Shown one piece after another: positions 10,741 to 21,132 of a stretch of 64,000 nt of DNA (its first letter is position 1; each line of letters starts with the position of its first letter). A model generated the notes under the pieces. The model saw nothing but the letters and a program-made list of their open reading frames with translations, did not search any database and was not told the origin of the DNA. A program made the position numbers and the translations under genes. The DNA is from an uncultured delta proteobacterium (lineage in GTDB: Bacteria; Desulfobacterota; Desulfuromonadia; Desulfuromonadales; JACZKF01). The stretch spans positions 64,001 through 128,000 of the forward strand of contig CAWFKQ010000008.1 in NCBI GenBank assembly GCA_963816395.1, written 5' to 3'.

Positions 10741-11259
10741 TTAACGGGAATAGCCTTCACCGGCGGAGGTGTAGGGCAGGCCTTCGACTTTCCAGGCGTT
10801 CACGGTACGATAGCCGTTGGTGTCGGCGCTCCCCTCGAAGCCGGTGACCATGTTCAGCACGTTATAGCCGGCCGCCTCGAGAACCGTTGCGGCAGCCTTG
10901 CTGCGGCTTCCACTGCGGCACATGGTGATCAGCACGACATTGGAAGTGTCCTGGAAAACATCCTGAACATCCTTGAGGAAATGATCGTTCAGAATCATTT
11001 GCCCTTTCTTGCTGACTTCATAGGAAATGTTGAGGACCTTGCCCGTCAAGGCGGCGCCTTCTCCGGCCTTGTTAATGCCGGGATGGCCGACCCACTGCCA
11101 CTCAGCAACGGTTCTGACATCGAGGATGTAGTATCCGGCGTTGGATGTCGCCAGGGCATAGGCGTCAGAGGGTATTACATCGTCAAAAGCCAGGCAACTG
11201 CCCACCCCCGCCAGGGTCAGAGAGAAGACTACGGTAACCAGCACAAAAACCTTTTTCAT
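10741..11259 (-). CDS. Exported single-domain rhodanese (sulfurtransferase)
   Basis: GGAGG RBS; signal peptide MKKVFVLVTVVFSLTLAGVGSCLA; ILDVRT, active-site loop MCRSGSRS, GFEG...AWK. Confidence 0.88.
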   Translation of the reverse strand: MKKVFVLVTVVFSLTLAGVGSCLAFDDVIPSDAYALATSNAGYYILDVRTVAEWQWVGHPGINKAGEGAALTGKVLNISYEVSKKGQMILNDHFLKDVQDVFQDTSNVVLITMCRSGSRSKAAATVLEAAGYNVLNMVTGFEGSADTNGYRTVNAWKVEGLPYTSAGEGYSR

Positions 11260-11742
11260 GTTTTCCTCCTCTGCTGCAAAAATTAAAAAGCCAGGAACCC
11301 CCTGGCCACCTGCACTGGACCCGGTCCGGCCCAATAGTGCGGAAAGAAATACAGCAAAATACGGGCCTATCCGGGGCGGAAAATCGACGCATGGCTAAAA
11401 AGATATTGATAAACAATATATTATGAATACTCTTAGGCCAAGAACGAGAGTTGTGGAAAAAAGAGTTTTCATTTACAAGGGTTTGCCCTTTTTTGTCACG
11501 GGGCAGAAAGGGGGCAGTCAGTTCGCGCAGGAACAATCTTTCCGCTTGGAAGACTGTTCTTTATGCAGTATAAATATCATTAAATCAATATGTTATGAAT
11601 TAAAAAAATGTCTTGGACCGTTTTCGTCAGGGGCTTGGTGACTATTTTTGTTCTGGTGCGCCGCAATAACGAGGCGCATGGAAATGGTCCATTGGACTTT
11701 GAATTGAGTGTGAAGGCGGGGAATAGGGAAGGGAGGCGGGGG

Positions 11743-12381
11743 TTATTCGTCCCGGCCGCTTTCCTCTTCCGCCGCCAGCCAGTCGGAGAGCCGGGTGACG
11801 GCGTCGATGAATTCGGCCGGAATCGCCGGCAGGGGCTGCAGGGCGGCCTGCAGGCGGCGGGCGGCGGCGAGGGCATGGCGCAGGGCGAGGGCGGGGTCGG
11901 CGGCACCGTCGGGAGTGCCGGTCGCCTCGCGGAAACGTTTCTGCACCGTCGGATGGCTGCGCTCCTCCTCCATCACCGCCCGGCGCAGATTGGCGTAGTC
12001 CTCGGCGGGAAGATCGAGTTCCTCCCGCGCCTGGCGCAGCAGGTCGACCGAGCGATAATCGGGGAGGGGCTTGAGTTCGGTGCGGCGGGCCAGCAGTTCC
12101 GGTTCCTCTTTTTCCAGGAAGCGGTAGGCCAGGGTGAGTTTCTGCGCCGTCGGCTGCTTGATGCGGACTTCCCGGGCGCAGTAATCCTCGAAGGAATCGT
12201 ACCCCCACTGGCGGAACAGCCCTTTCTGCTGCACCTCCAGCAGCTTCTCCCCGAGTTCCACCCAGGAGGATTTGAACTGCTTGGCGGTGGCCAGGATCCG
12301 ATACCGCTCCGATTGCGGATCGAGTTCCTGCATGATCCTCTCGATTACCATCTCGCCTTTCGATTTGGGAGTTTCGCTCAT
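11743..12381 (-). CDS. Conserved hypothetical helical protein, possibly DNA-binding
   Basis: 212-aa ORF with AAAGGGG RBS and GC-biased codons; motif 'LLEVQQKGLFRQWGYDSFEDYC'. Confidence 0.75.
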   Translation of the reverse strand: MSETPKSKGEMVIERIMQELDPQSERYRILATAKQFKSSWVELGEKLLEVQQKGLFRQWGYDSFEDYCAREVRIKQPTAQKLTLAYRFLEKEEPELLARRTELKPLPDYRSVDLLRQAREELDLPAEDYANLRRAVMEEERSHPTVQKRFREATGTPDGAADPALALRHALAAARRLQAALQPLPAIPAEFIDAVTRLSDWLAAEEESGRDE

Positions 12382-12537
12382 CTGGCGCCCCTTTCGTAAA
12401 GCAAAGAATTTATCATGGATGCCGGCGGGACAAAAGGATTTTGCCTTGGCGGCAACGCCCGCCTCGGCTACAATCCGAGCAGCCGGCAGCCAGCCGGATG
12501 GAATTGGCTTGCAGAATAGGTCTTGCCCGTTTTCAGG

Positions 12538-13740
12538 ATGCGAAAAATGCAGTTAACCGTCAGTCCGGAAACCGTGCGGATGCTGGAGTTGGGGCATCCC
12601 TGGGTAATCGCCGACCGCTTCACCCGGCAGTGGCCGGCGGGGAAGCCGGGGGACGTGGTGCAGCTCGCCGATGCGCAGGGGCGGGTGCTCGCCACCGCCC
12701 TGCTCGACCCGAAGGAGCGGGTGGCGGCGCGGGTGCTGGAGTTTGCGCCGCTGCGGCTGACCGGCGACTGGCTTGCTGAGAAGGTGCGGCGGGCCGCCGC
12801 CCTGCGCGCCGCGCATGCCGGCCTCGGCGATACCGATGCCTGGCGCCTGGTGAACGGGGAAGGGGACGGACTCCCCGGGTTGACCATTGACCGCTACGGC
12901 CAGCACCTGATGGTGCAGCTCTACACCGCCGCCTGGCAGCCGCATCTGCCGCTGCTGACGAAGGTCCTCCAGCAGCTGTTGTCGCCGGCCGGCATTTACC
13001 TCAAGAAACGGCCGCAGGAGACGCGCACCCTGGCGGCCGCCGGTGATTCCAAGCGCTACAGCAGCCTGCTGGCGGGAAGGCCTCTTCCCGGCCGCCAACC
13101 GGTGCGCGAGCACGGCCTGGAGTTCCTGGTCGACCTGGAGGAAGGGCTGAATACCGGCATTTTCCTCGATCAGCGCGACAACCGGCAGGATCTGCGTGCC
13201 CGCGCCGAAGGGAAGCGGGTCCTCAACCTTTTCGCCTACACCGGCGCCTTTTCGGTGGCGGCCGCCGCCGCCGGGGCAGTGCGGGTGACCAGTGTCGACG
13301 CCGCCGGCGGTTATCTCGATTGGGCCAAAGACAACTTCTCCCGCAACCGCCTGCCGGTGCGCGATCACGAATTCATCGTCGGCGATTGTTTCGCCGTTCT
13401 CGCCGATCTGCAGCGGCGGCAGCAGCACTTCGACCTCATCATGATGGACCCGCCGAGCTTCTCCACGACCGGCAAGAGCCGCTTCACCACCCGCCGGGGG
13501 ACCGCCGAACTGGTCGCCGCGGCGCTCCCTCTGCTGCCTGCCGGCGGCCTGCTGATCACCTCTTCCAACCACCAGAAGACCGACCTGCCCGACTACCTCA
13601 AGGAACTGCGCCGCGGCGCCCTGCAGGGCGGCTGCAGCCTGCGGGTGATCCGCACCGCCGGCCAGCCGGCGGATTTTCCTTACCCGGTCACCTTCCCGGA
13701 AGGGCGTTATCTGAAATACCTGGTCAGCGTCAGGGATTGA
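12538..13740 (+). CDS. RlmI/RlmK-family SAM-dependent rRNA methyltransferase (paralog 1)
   Basis: GHPWV PUA motif, GEGDGLPGL, TGIFLDQR, VLNLFAYTG, MDPPSF. Confidence 0.88.
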   Translation: MRKMQLTVSPETVRMLELGHPWVIADRFTRQWPAGKPGDVVQLADAQGRVLATALLDPKERVAARVLEFAPLRLTGDWLAEKVRRAAALRAAHAGLGDTDAWRLVNGEGDGLPGLTIDRYGQHLMVQLYTAAWQPHLPLLTKVLQQLLSPAGIYLKKRPQETRTLAAAGDSKRYSSLLAGRPLPGRQPVREHGLEFLVDLEEGLNTGIFLDQRDNRQDLRARAEGKRVLNLFAYTGAFSVAAAAAGAVRVTSVDAAGGYLDWAKDNFSRNRLPVRDHEFIVGDCFAVLADLQRRQQHFDLIMMDPPSFSTTGKSRFTTRRGTAELVAAALPLLPAGGLLITSSNHQKTDLPDYLKELRRGALQGGCSLRVIRTAGQPADFPYPVTFPEGRYLKYLVSVRD

Positions 13741-15419
13741 GGAAGGGCAGGAAAACTTCCCGGTAGAGGAAAACGTGGCCCGCCAGCTGGCTGCGCTCGA
13801 GCAGCGGGTGGCCGGCCGGCAGGATGAGAAACGGCCGCAGCTGCTCCCCGCCCACCGAACCGTGCCCCCCCACCTGGTCGTCGAAGCAGGCGATCTCTCG
13901 CCCATCATAGGCCCCGAAGAGGATCAGGTCGCCGCAGCTCTCGCCGGCGGCGAACCGGCACAGCTCCGGCAGCAGCGTCGCCGGCTCGCCGTAGGGGCGC
14001 AGGAAATCGAGCCCCTCCGCGCCGGAGGTTTCCCCCGGCCGCCGAAGGAAGCGGCCGCCGCGGTGGAAGAAGCAGACTTCCTGTCCCTCCCCCCTCGCCA
14101 TGACGAAACCGATCCCCCGGTGCCGGCTGAGAAAACGCAGCAGCAGCGGCTGCGCCGCCTCCACTTCCTGCCAGCTCAGGCGGTGCCGTTCGCCGGTGAT
14201 GTAGAGGTGCGCCAGGGAACTGGAATAGGTGATGACCACGCCGCCTTCGGCGTCGACCTTCAGGGTTTCCGGAACCAGCGCCCGAATCCGGCGCTGGATG
14301 GAATTCCGGGTAAGACGATAAAGCTGGTGGCGCCAGCCCCACTGCCGGGCATCCAGCTCTTCCTGCAGGTAGTTGAGCTGGATCCGGGCGAAATCGAGGG
14401 GGCCGGCGGCAACTGCGGCATCCTGGTTCTCCCGCAGGAAGGCGCTGACCGCCTCGCCGAGGGTGGCGCCGAAGCGGTCGCGGAAGGGATAGCCGGGAGT
14501 CTGGCCGTGGTCGGAGAGAATGACCAGCCGGTAGCGGGCACCGGGGGCATGGCGCAGCATGCGCAGAATCTCCCCGAGGCGCTGGTCGGTGTACCTGAGA
14601 TTCTTCAGGGCCGGCCGTGAATCGGGTCCGAAGTGATGCGCCAGTTCGTCATAGCCGCTGTAGGTGGTATAGATGGCGGGGACTCCGGCATAGATGTCGG
14701 CGATGACCCCGAAGGTCTGCAACTCGCGCAGGATGACATTGCAGAAGATGCGGATCAGCGGGAAGAGCCCCTCGCGCAGCCGCCAGGGGCGCAGCTCTGC
14801 GGAACCGCCGGCGGTCATAGAGATGGGTGAAGTATTCCAGGACGGTGGCGCCGGCCAGGCGCAGGACGCGCAGGGGATGGAGCAGGATCAGGAGCAGGAT
14901 GCGCAGGCCGCCGAAGCGGCCGAACAGGGTCTGCGGATGGGGAGAGGAGACGGTGAAGATGCTGCGCGCCGCGCCGCCGTCGAGGATATTGGCGTAGGAG
15001 GAGCCGCCGGACAACAGCCCCTGCCGGCCGGCGAAGAGCTTTTCCCGGAAGATCTGCACCTGGTCCGGATCATTGCAGCTGAGCAGTTGCCCGGTTGACT
15101 TCTCGAACCAGCGGAAGGCGGGAATGCCGTCGGCCTCTCCGTAGAAGATCGCGGCCTGGGCAGCCGGGGTCGTGCTCGGCAGCCCGGCCTGGTATTCCCG
15201 CAGGCAATAGCCCTGGCGCAGGAGGCGGGCGATGTGCGGCAGGTAGCCGCGGCCCAGGGCCTGCTGCAGGTGGGGGGCGGAGAGTCCATCGATCTGGATG
15301 CCGACGAACCCTGGCGCCGGCCCCCCCAGGCGCCGGGACCGCCGCTCTTTGCGGAAGGGAAAGAACTTGACGGAATAATAGATCCGGAAGAGACGGTCAA
15401 GCCAGGTATCCCACCGCAT
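13730..15419 (-). CDS. Alkaline phosphatase superfamily (phosphodiesterase/nucleotide pyrophosphatase-like) protein; frameshifted near 14800
   Basis: IQIDGL, PSTTPAAQA, GYDELAHH, ILSDHGQ and GGHGSVGG metal-binding motifs. Confidence 0.8.
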
Positions 15420-15491
15420 CTTTATCTCCTTCAGCCAATGGCATTTCGGGTCGAAGTTGGCCCCTGGGTCATTCCGGGTTGCGGCCAGTCC

Positions 15492-16007
15492 TCAGACGAC
15501 TTCCACTGCCTTTTCGATCACCACCGGTTGGAGCGGCACATCCTCGTGCATGCCGCTGCGACCGGTGGGTACCTTGCGGATGGCGTCGACCGTCTCCATG
15601 CCGTCGGTGACCCGGCCGAAAACCGCGTAGCCGAAACCGGCGGGAGTGCTGTTGCGATGATCGAGGAAATCGTTGTCGGCGAGGTTGATGAAAAACTGTG
15701 AGGTGGCGCTGTCGACCACCTGGGTGCGGGCCATGGCGACTGTGCCCCGCTGGTTTTTCAGGCCGTTGTTCGCCTCATTGCGGATCGGCGCCCGGTTTTG
15801 TTTCGTTTTCAGGTCGGTCGTCATGCCGCCCCCCTGAATCATGAAGCCGTCGATGACCCGGTGGAAAACAGTGCCGTCGTAAAAACCCTCACGTACATAG
15901 GCAAGAAAGTTGACGGCCGTCTCCGGCGCCCTCTCGTTGTCCAGTTCGATGGTGATGTCGCCGAGCGTGGTCTGCAGGCGGACGGCGGGATTTTTCTTCT
16001 CGTTCAT
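15492..16007 (-). CDS. Cyclophilin-type peptidyl-prolyl cis-trans isomerase
   Basis: [33 protein letters not shown]. Confidence 0.95.
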   Translation of the reverse strand: MNEKKNPAVRLQTTLGDITIELDNERAPETAVNFLAYVREGFYDGTVFHRVIDGFMIQGGGMTTDLKTKQNRAPIRNEANNGLKNQRGTVAMARTQVVDSATSQFFINLADNDFLDHRNSTPAGFGYAVFGRVTDGMETVDAIRKVPTGRSGMHEDVPLQPVVIEKAVEVV

Positions 16008-16150
16008 ATCCTTCTCCTTGACGGTGTAGTTTCCTGGGGCAAATCCGCCGGGATGGGCGGCAGGTGGCGCTATCTTAGCCCGTTGCCTGGCGGCGGTGCA
16101 AGAGGAACGGGAAGAGGAACGGAAGAAGCCGGGGGGCAGGACTGACCCGG

Positions 16151-16178
16151 TTGACAGGCAGAGCGGGCAATCTATGCT
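16151..16178 (+). promoter_or_regulatory. Putative sigma70 promoter for the DUF4398-ompA pair
   Basis: TTGACA-N16-TATGCT. Confidence 0.4.
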
Positions 16179-16266
16179 AGAAGTATATTTGGAAGGGTTA
16201 ATTTCGACCTCGGCGGGAGGCATGGATGGCCTGCCGCGAGCCCCGAAACTCCGAAGGAGATCATCC

Positions 16267-16641
16267 ATGAAAACCGCAAAGAAGATGGCAGCACTCGGGA
16301 TAGGGATTGGCCTCGCTCTGGCAGGCCTGGCCGGCTGTGCCAGCGTACCCCCGCCCAACGAGCAGATGGCGGTCGCAAAGGCGGCGATGGCCAAGGCGGA
16401 AGATGCGCAGGCCTACCAGTATGCCCCGGTGGCCTTCAACAGTGCTCAGGAGAAGATGAGCCGCGCCAAGACCGCCATGGAACAGGAGGATTATGTCACT
16501 GCCCGGCGGCTGGCAGAGCAGGCCGAAGTGGATGCCAATCTCGCCTTTACCAAGGCGCGTACGGAACAGGCCCAAAAGGCCGCCCAGGAATTGCAGCAGA
16601 CTATCAAGACGCTGCAGCAGGAACTGGGAAAAAGCAGTTAA
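16267..16641 (+). CDS. DUF4398 lipoprotein
   Basis: Lipobox LAGC; Ala/Glu-rich helices '[15 protein letters not shown]'; AAGGAG RBS. Confidence 0.85.
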   Translation: MKTAKKMAALGIGIGLALAGLAGCASVPPPNEQMAVAKAAMAKAEDAQAYQYAPVAFNSAQEKMSRAKTAMEQEDYVTARRLAEQAEVDANLAFTKARTEQAQKAAQELQQTIKTLQQELGKSS

Positions 16642-16667
16642 TCCCAAGACCGATGAAGGAGAAAGCC

Positions 16668-17546
16668 ATGCGCTACCGTACTATCATCCAGATCTGCTGC
16701 TCCCTGACGGCAGTCGGCGCTCTGCTGGCAGGGTGTGCCGGGCCGGAGAAGAATGCCATGCTGGAGGAAGCGAAGGCCGCCTATGCCGCGGCCCGCAGTG
16801 ATCCGCAGGTCATCGACAATGCGCCACTCGAGCTCAATCAGGCGGGAGAGTCTCTGCAGAAGGCGGAAAATCTGCAGCAGAACGATGCCGAAGAGGCTGC
16901 GGTGACTCAGCAGGCCTACCTGGCCCGCCAGAAAACCGCCATCGCCCGTCAGGCCGCCCAGCTGAAAATGGCGCAGAAAGTGATCGCCGACGCCGACGCC
17001 GAGCGGGCCCAGGTGCTGCTGCAGGTGCGAAGCCAGGAAGCCGAGAAGGCGCGCCGGCAGGCCGAGACGCAGCAACAGGCGTTGAGTGCGGCGCAAACAC
17101 AGGCCGAGGAGGCCCAGCAAAGAGCCAGCGAACTGAAGAAAGAACTGGCGGGGCTGCAGGCCCAACAGACCGAGCGCGGCATTGTGCTCACACTCAAGAA
17201 TGTCGTCTTTGAGCTGAACAAGGCCAATCTCAAGCCGGGAGCCGAACGGATGGTTGACCAGATCGCCGCTTTTCTCAACAACCATCCGGAACGCAAGATC
17301 ATGGTGGAGGGGTTTACCGACGCCACCGGCTCGGCGGATTACAACATGAAGCTTTCCCAGGATCGCGCCGATGCGGTAAAGCAGGCCCTGGTAGCGCGGG
17401 GGGTTGACCCGGACCGTATCCAGACGCGTGGTTACGGGGAAGAATATCCGGTAGCTACCAATGACACCGCAGCCGGCCGGCAGCTGAACCGCCGGGCGGA
17501 GATCGTTATCTCCAACAGCGCCGAAAACATTACGAAAACTCGCTGA
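16668..17546 (+). CDS. DUF4398 plus OmpA C-terminal domain lipoprotein
   Basis: Lipobox LAGC; 'VEGFTD', 'YNMKLSQDRADAV', 'GRQLNRRAEI'. Confidence 0.9.
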   Translation: MRYRTIIQICCSLTAVGALLAGCAGPEKNAMLEEAKAAYAAARSDPQVIDNAPLELNQAGESLQKAENLQQNDAEEAAVTQQAYLARQKTAIARQAAQLKMAQKVIADADAERAQVLLQVRSQEAEKARRQAETQQQALSAAQTQAEEAQQRASELKKELAGLQAQQTERGIVLTLKNVVFELNKANLKPGAERMVDQIAAFLNNHPERKIMVEGFTDATGSADYNMKLSQDRADAVKQALVARGVDPDRIQTRGYGEEYPVATNDTAAGRQLNRRAEIVISNSAENITKTR

Positions 17547-17838
17547 GAGGGCCTGGCTGAGCGGTTAAAGGAAAAGAGCAGGACGGTGGGTTCGGGCAAT
17601 CGGGCGGGGAGAAAGCAGTGCCCCGCCCCTTCCGAGCAGGCCAGCTGCCGGATTCTGCGAGCCTGCGCCGGCCATTCCCATGCCCCTGCGGTGCCGCCGT
17701 GGACCTTCTTGCCTCAGGCTCGAAGCGCACAGCCTTCTTCCACCCCCGCGGCGGCGCCACTGCTGCAGGCCCAGGCGAGCCCCTGAGAGCGATGGTGGCC
17801 GCCGAAGGGATCCCGATCTGACAATTACGAGACCACCC

Positions 17839-19086
17839 GTGCCCCGAATCCCTCATGACAGCTGTCCGGAAAGCACCCTGGCCATGATGGTCGATGGCTA
17901 CCGCTTCATCTCCAGGCGCTGCCGCCGCTACGGGACCGACATTTTCGAAGCGCGGCTTATGCTGCGCAAGACCATCTGCATGCTGGGCGAGGAAGCGGCC
18001 AGAATCTTCTATGACAGCGAAAGGTTCCGGCGGAAGGGGGCGGCCCCACGCCGGCTGCAGACGACCCTTTTCGGCAAACCAGGAATCCAGGGAATGGACG
18101 GCGATCCCCATCGCCACCGCAAGCAGATGTTCATGTCGCTGATGACCCCTGGCCGGATCCGGCAACTGGCAGATTTAACCGCCGGGCAGTGGAGCGTTTA
18201 TCTCAAAAAATGGGAAGGGATGCGGAAGATTGTGCTCTTCGATGAGGTGCGGGAAATCCTCTGCCGGGCCGTCTGTGCCTGGGCCGGGGTGCCTCTCGCA
18301 GAGGCGGAGGTGCGTACCAGGGCCGACGATTTCGAGGCGATGATCGACGGCCCGGGAGCGGTCGGGCCGCGGCACTGGCGGGGGAAGCGGGCCCGCCGCC
18401 GCGCGGAGCAGTGGATCGCTGACCTGGTTGCCAGGGTGCGTGCCGGCGATCTGCGGTCCCCGGCGGGAAGCGCCCTCGATGTCATCGCATGCCATCGCGA
18501 CCTGAACGGCCGGCTGCTGGCGCCGCGAGAAGCGGCGGTCGAGATCATCAACATCCTGCGGCCAACCGTGGCCGTTTCCCGCTACGTGATCTTCACGGCC
18601 ATGGCGCTGCACGAACACACGGAACTCTGGCCGCAACTCCAGGCGGCCGACCCCCATTTTGACGAGATGTTTGTCCAGGAGGTGCGCCGGGTCTACCCCT
18701 TCTTCCCCTTCGTCGCGGCCCGGGTGCGAAAAAGCTTTGACTGGCGCGGTTACCATTTCCCACGGGGGAGAAGAGTTCTCCTCGATCTCTACGGCACCAA
18801 CCACGATCCCCGGCTGTGGCCAGAGCCGGAAGCCTTCCGTCCGGAACGCTTCCGAAATTGGGATGAGAACGCCTTTACCTTCATTCCCCAGGGGGGAGGC
18901 GATCATTACGGCAACCACCGCTGTCCGGGGGAGTGGATCGCCATCGAACTCACCAAGGTGGCCCTCGGTTTTCTGAGCCGTTCGATGGCTTATGAGGTGC
19001 CGAGACAGAACTTGCGCCTAAGTCTTTCGAGGATGCCGGCCATTCCAAAGAGCGGTTTCCTGATCAGGAAGGTCAGGCGAAGATAG
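17839..19086 (+). CDS. Cytochrome P450 CYP152-family fatty-acid peroxygenase
   Basis: I-helix NILRP (substrate-binding Arg-Pro), QEVRRVYPFFP, LDLYGTNHDP, heme motif HRCPGE; probable GTG start at 17839. Confidence 0.9.
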   Translation: MPRIPHDSCPESTLAMMVDGYRFISRRCRRYGTDIFEARLMLRKTICMLGEEAARIFYDSERFRRKGAAPRRLQTTLFGKPGIQGMDGDPHRHRKQMFMSLMTPGRIRQLADLTAGQWSVYLKKWEGMRKIVLFDEVREILCRAVCAWAGVPLAEAEVRTRADDFEAMIDGPGAVGPRHWRGKRARRRAEQWIADLVARVRAGDLRSPAGSALDVIACHRDLNGRLLAPREAAVEIINILRPTVAVSRYVIFTAMALHEHTELWPQLQAADPHFDEMFVQEVRRVYPFFPFVAARVRKSFDWRGYHFPRGRRVLLDLYGTNHDPRLWPEPEAFRPERFRNWDENAFTFIPQGGGDHYGNHRCPGEWIAIELTKVALGFLSRSMAYEVPRQNLRLSLSRMPAIPKSGFLIRKVRRR

Positions 19087-19149
19087 CTGGTCCGCCCACC
19101 TTTTCCGGTTGCACAAAATTCGTGTCTATGCTAGAAGTTCTTCCTTTGT

Positions 19150-19226
<77 letters not shown>

Positions 19227-19228
19227 TT

Positions 19229-19305
19229 GCGCCAGTAGCTCAGTAGGACAGAGCAACGGCCTTCTAAGCCGTGGGTCGAGGGTTCGAATCCTTCCTGGCG
19301 CGCCA
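19229..19305 (+). tRNA. tRNA-Arg(TCT)
   Basis: Anticodon arm ACGGC-CTTCTAA-GCCGT; CCA end. Confidence 0.96.
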
Positions 19306-19325
19306 ATTGATATTCCCCTTTCCCG

Positions 19326-19354
19326 TTGACAAGGCGGGAGCGATCAAGTAGGAT
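19326..19354 (+). promoter_or_regulatory. sigma70 promoter for tRNA-His
   Basis: TTGACA-N17-TAGGAT followed by a GC-rich discriminator. Confidence 0.65.
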
Positions 19355-19368
19355 GACGCGGTTTCCGT

Positions 19369-19445
19369 GGTGGCTGTAGCTCAGTCGGTAGAGCACTGGA
19401 TTGTGGCTCCAGGTGTCGTGGGTTCAAGTCCCATCAGCCACCCCA
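19369..19445 (+). tRNA. tRNA-His(GTG)
   Basis: G-1; anticodon arm CTGGA-TTGTGGC-TCCAG; CCA end. Confidence 0.96.
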
Positions 19446-19458
19446 ATTGATCGTCTGG

Positions 19459-19523
19459 AGGCCCGAATCGATGTTCCGGTTGCTTGGCACTGCGGCCGGG
19501 CCGGAGTCGGTCGGGCCTTTTTT
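19459..19523 (+). terminator. Long hairpin terminator after tRNA-His
   Basis: AGGCCCGA...TCGGGCCT followed by a T run. Confidence 0.6.
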
Positions 19524-19612
19524 GTCGCCGGGCCGGAAAATCTGGCGGACCGACGGTGGCTGTCGGCAGGGAATTTCCCCCCCGTCTTATGAGTTTGCGA
19601 CCCTCGACCCAT

Positions 19613-19695
19613 GCGAGAGTGGCGGAACTGGCAGACGCACTGGATTTAGGATCCAGCGGGCAACCGTGGGGGTTCGACTCCCCCCTCTCGCACCA
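19613..19695 (+). tRNA. tRNA-Leu(TAG)
   Basis: Anticodon arm CTGGA-TTTAGGA-TCCAG; variable arm; CCA end. Confidence 0.95.
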
Positions 19696-19802
19696 TTTCT
19701 TCCTGCCTATTCGGAGCGACCTGCCCCCGGCTTTCCCGCGGGTTGCCCCGTTCTATCGAAAGATTCTGTTTTTTCCAAATAAAAAAAGCTTGTGAGGTGG
19801 AG

Positions 19803-21072
19803 ATGAACATTAAAGTAGAAGATATCAGCAGCATCAAGAAAAAGCTTTCTTTCGAAATTGACGCCGAGCAGGTCGAAAAGGAATTCGAGAAGGCCTTCCA
19901 AAAGGTCGCCAAGACCGCCAAGGTAAAGGGATTCCGCCCGGGCAAAGTTCCCCGGCCGATTCTGGAGAAGTATTATGGCGCGCAGATGGAGCAGCAGGCT
20001 CTGGAGCGGCTGATCAACGACACCTATTTCAAGGCCCTGGTTGAACATCGCATCCCCGCCCTCTCCGATCCCGAGATAGTCGAGAACGGTTCCCTGGAAC
20101 GTGGCAAGCCGTTCAGCTATGAGGCGCAGGTGGAGGTGAAGCCGGAGATTGAGGTGAAGGATTACACCGGGCTTACCCTGCAGAAGGAGAAGTTCGTCAT
20201 CGAGGAAAAGGTGGTGGCAGATCGGTTGGAAGAACTGCGCCAGTCACGTGCCGAGTTGAAGGCCAGCAGCCGGGAGGACGCCCGGCAGGGCGACTTCGCC
20301 ATCATTGATTTCGAGGGCCGGGTGGCCGGAGAGCCTTTTGCCGGCGGCAAAGCCGAGGGGCACGTCCTGGAATTGGGCTCCGGCGCCTTTATCCCCGGTT
20401 TTGAGGAGCAGCTGACAGGAATGAAACGGGGGGAAGAGCGGGAGATCACCGTTACTTTCCCGGAGAATTATGGTAATAAGGAGCTGGCGGGGCAAGCCGG
20501 CTATCTTCCGCGTCGTCCTGCAGGAGATCAAGGAAAAGGTCCTGCCCGAGCTCAACGATGAATTCGCCCGGGAATTCGGCCTGGAAAACCTCGACCAGCT
20601 GCAGGAAAAAATCGCCGAGAGTTACCGTCAGCAGGAGACCAGCCGGATAAAAGGCGACCTGCGGGAGCGTCTGGTGAAAGCCCTGATCGAACGCAACCCA
20701 GTTGAAGTCCCGGAAACGATGGTGGCGGGGCAGCTCGATCACATGCTGGAGAACATTCGCCGGCGGCTGCAGTCGCAGGGGATGAGCCTGGAGATGCTCG
20801 GCATGACCGAGGAGTCCTTCCGGCCGATGTACCGGGATACCGCCGTGTCCCAGGTGCAGGGCGTCCTGCTCCTCGAGGCGATCGGCCGGCAGGAGGGGAT
20901 CAGGGTTGAGGGCCTGAGATCGATGATAAGACTCAAGGAAATCGCTGAGATGTCCAATGCCCCGCTGGAAGCGGTGAAGAAGATATTATGCGGCGCCGAG
21001 GCCCGCCGCGGACTGATGGCGCAGATCAGTGGAGGAGAAGGTCGTGCAATTTCTCCTGGAAAAGGCCGATGA
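19803..21072 (+). CDS. tig: Trigger factor; frameshifted
   Basis: GFRPGKVP signature; FKBP domain 'FIPGFEEQL'; position upstream of clpP. Confidence 0.93.
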
Positions 21073-21132
21073 TAGAAGAGGTGGACAAGGCAGAATTGGC
21101 TGAGCCGGAGACAACAAGGAGGAGATGAATCC

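Noticed and set aside
11415..11445. sigma54 promoter for the rhodanese-MCP locus
   Set aside because: The minus strand has TTGGC but lacks the GC at the required -12 spacing
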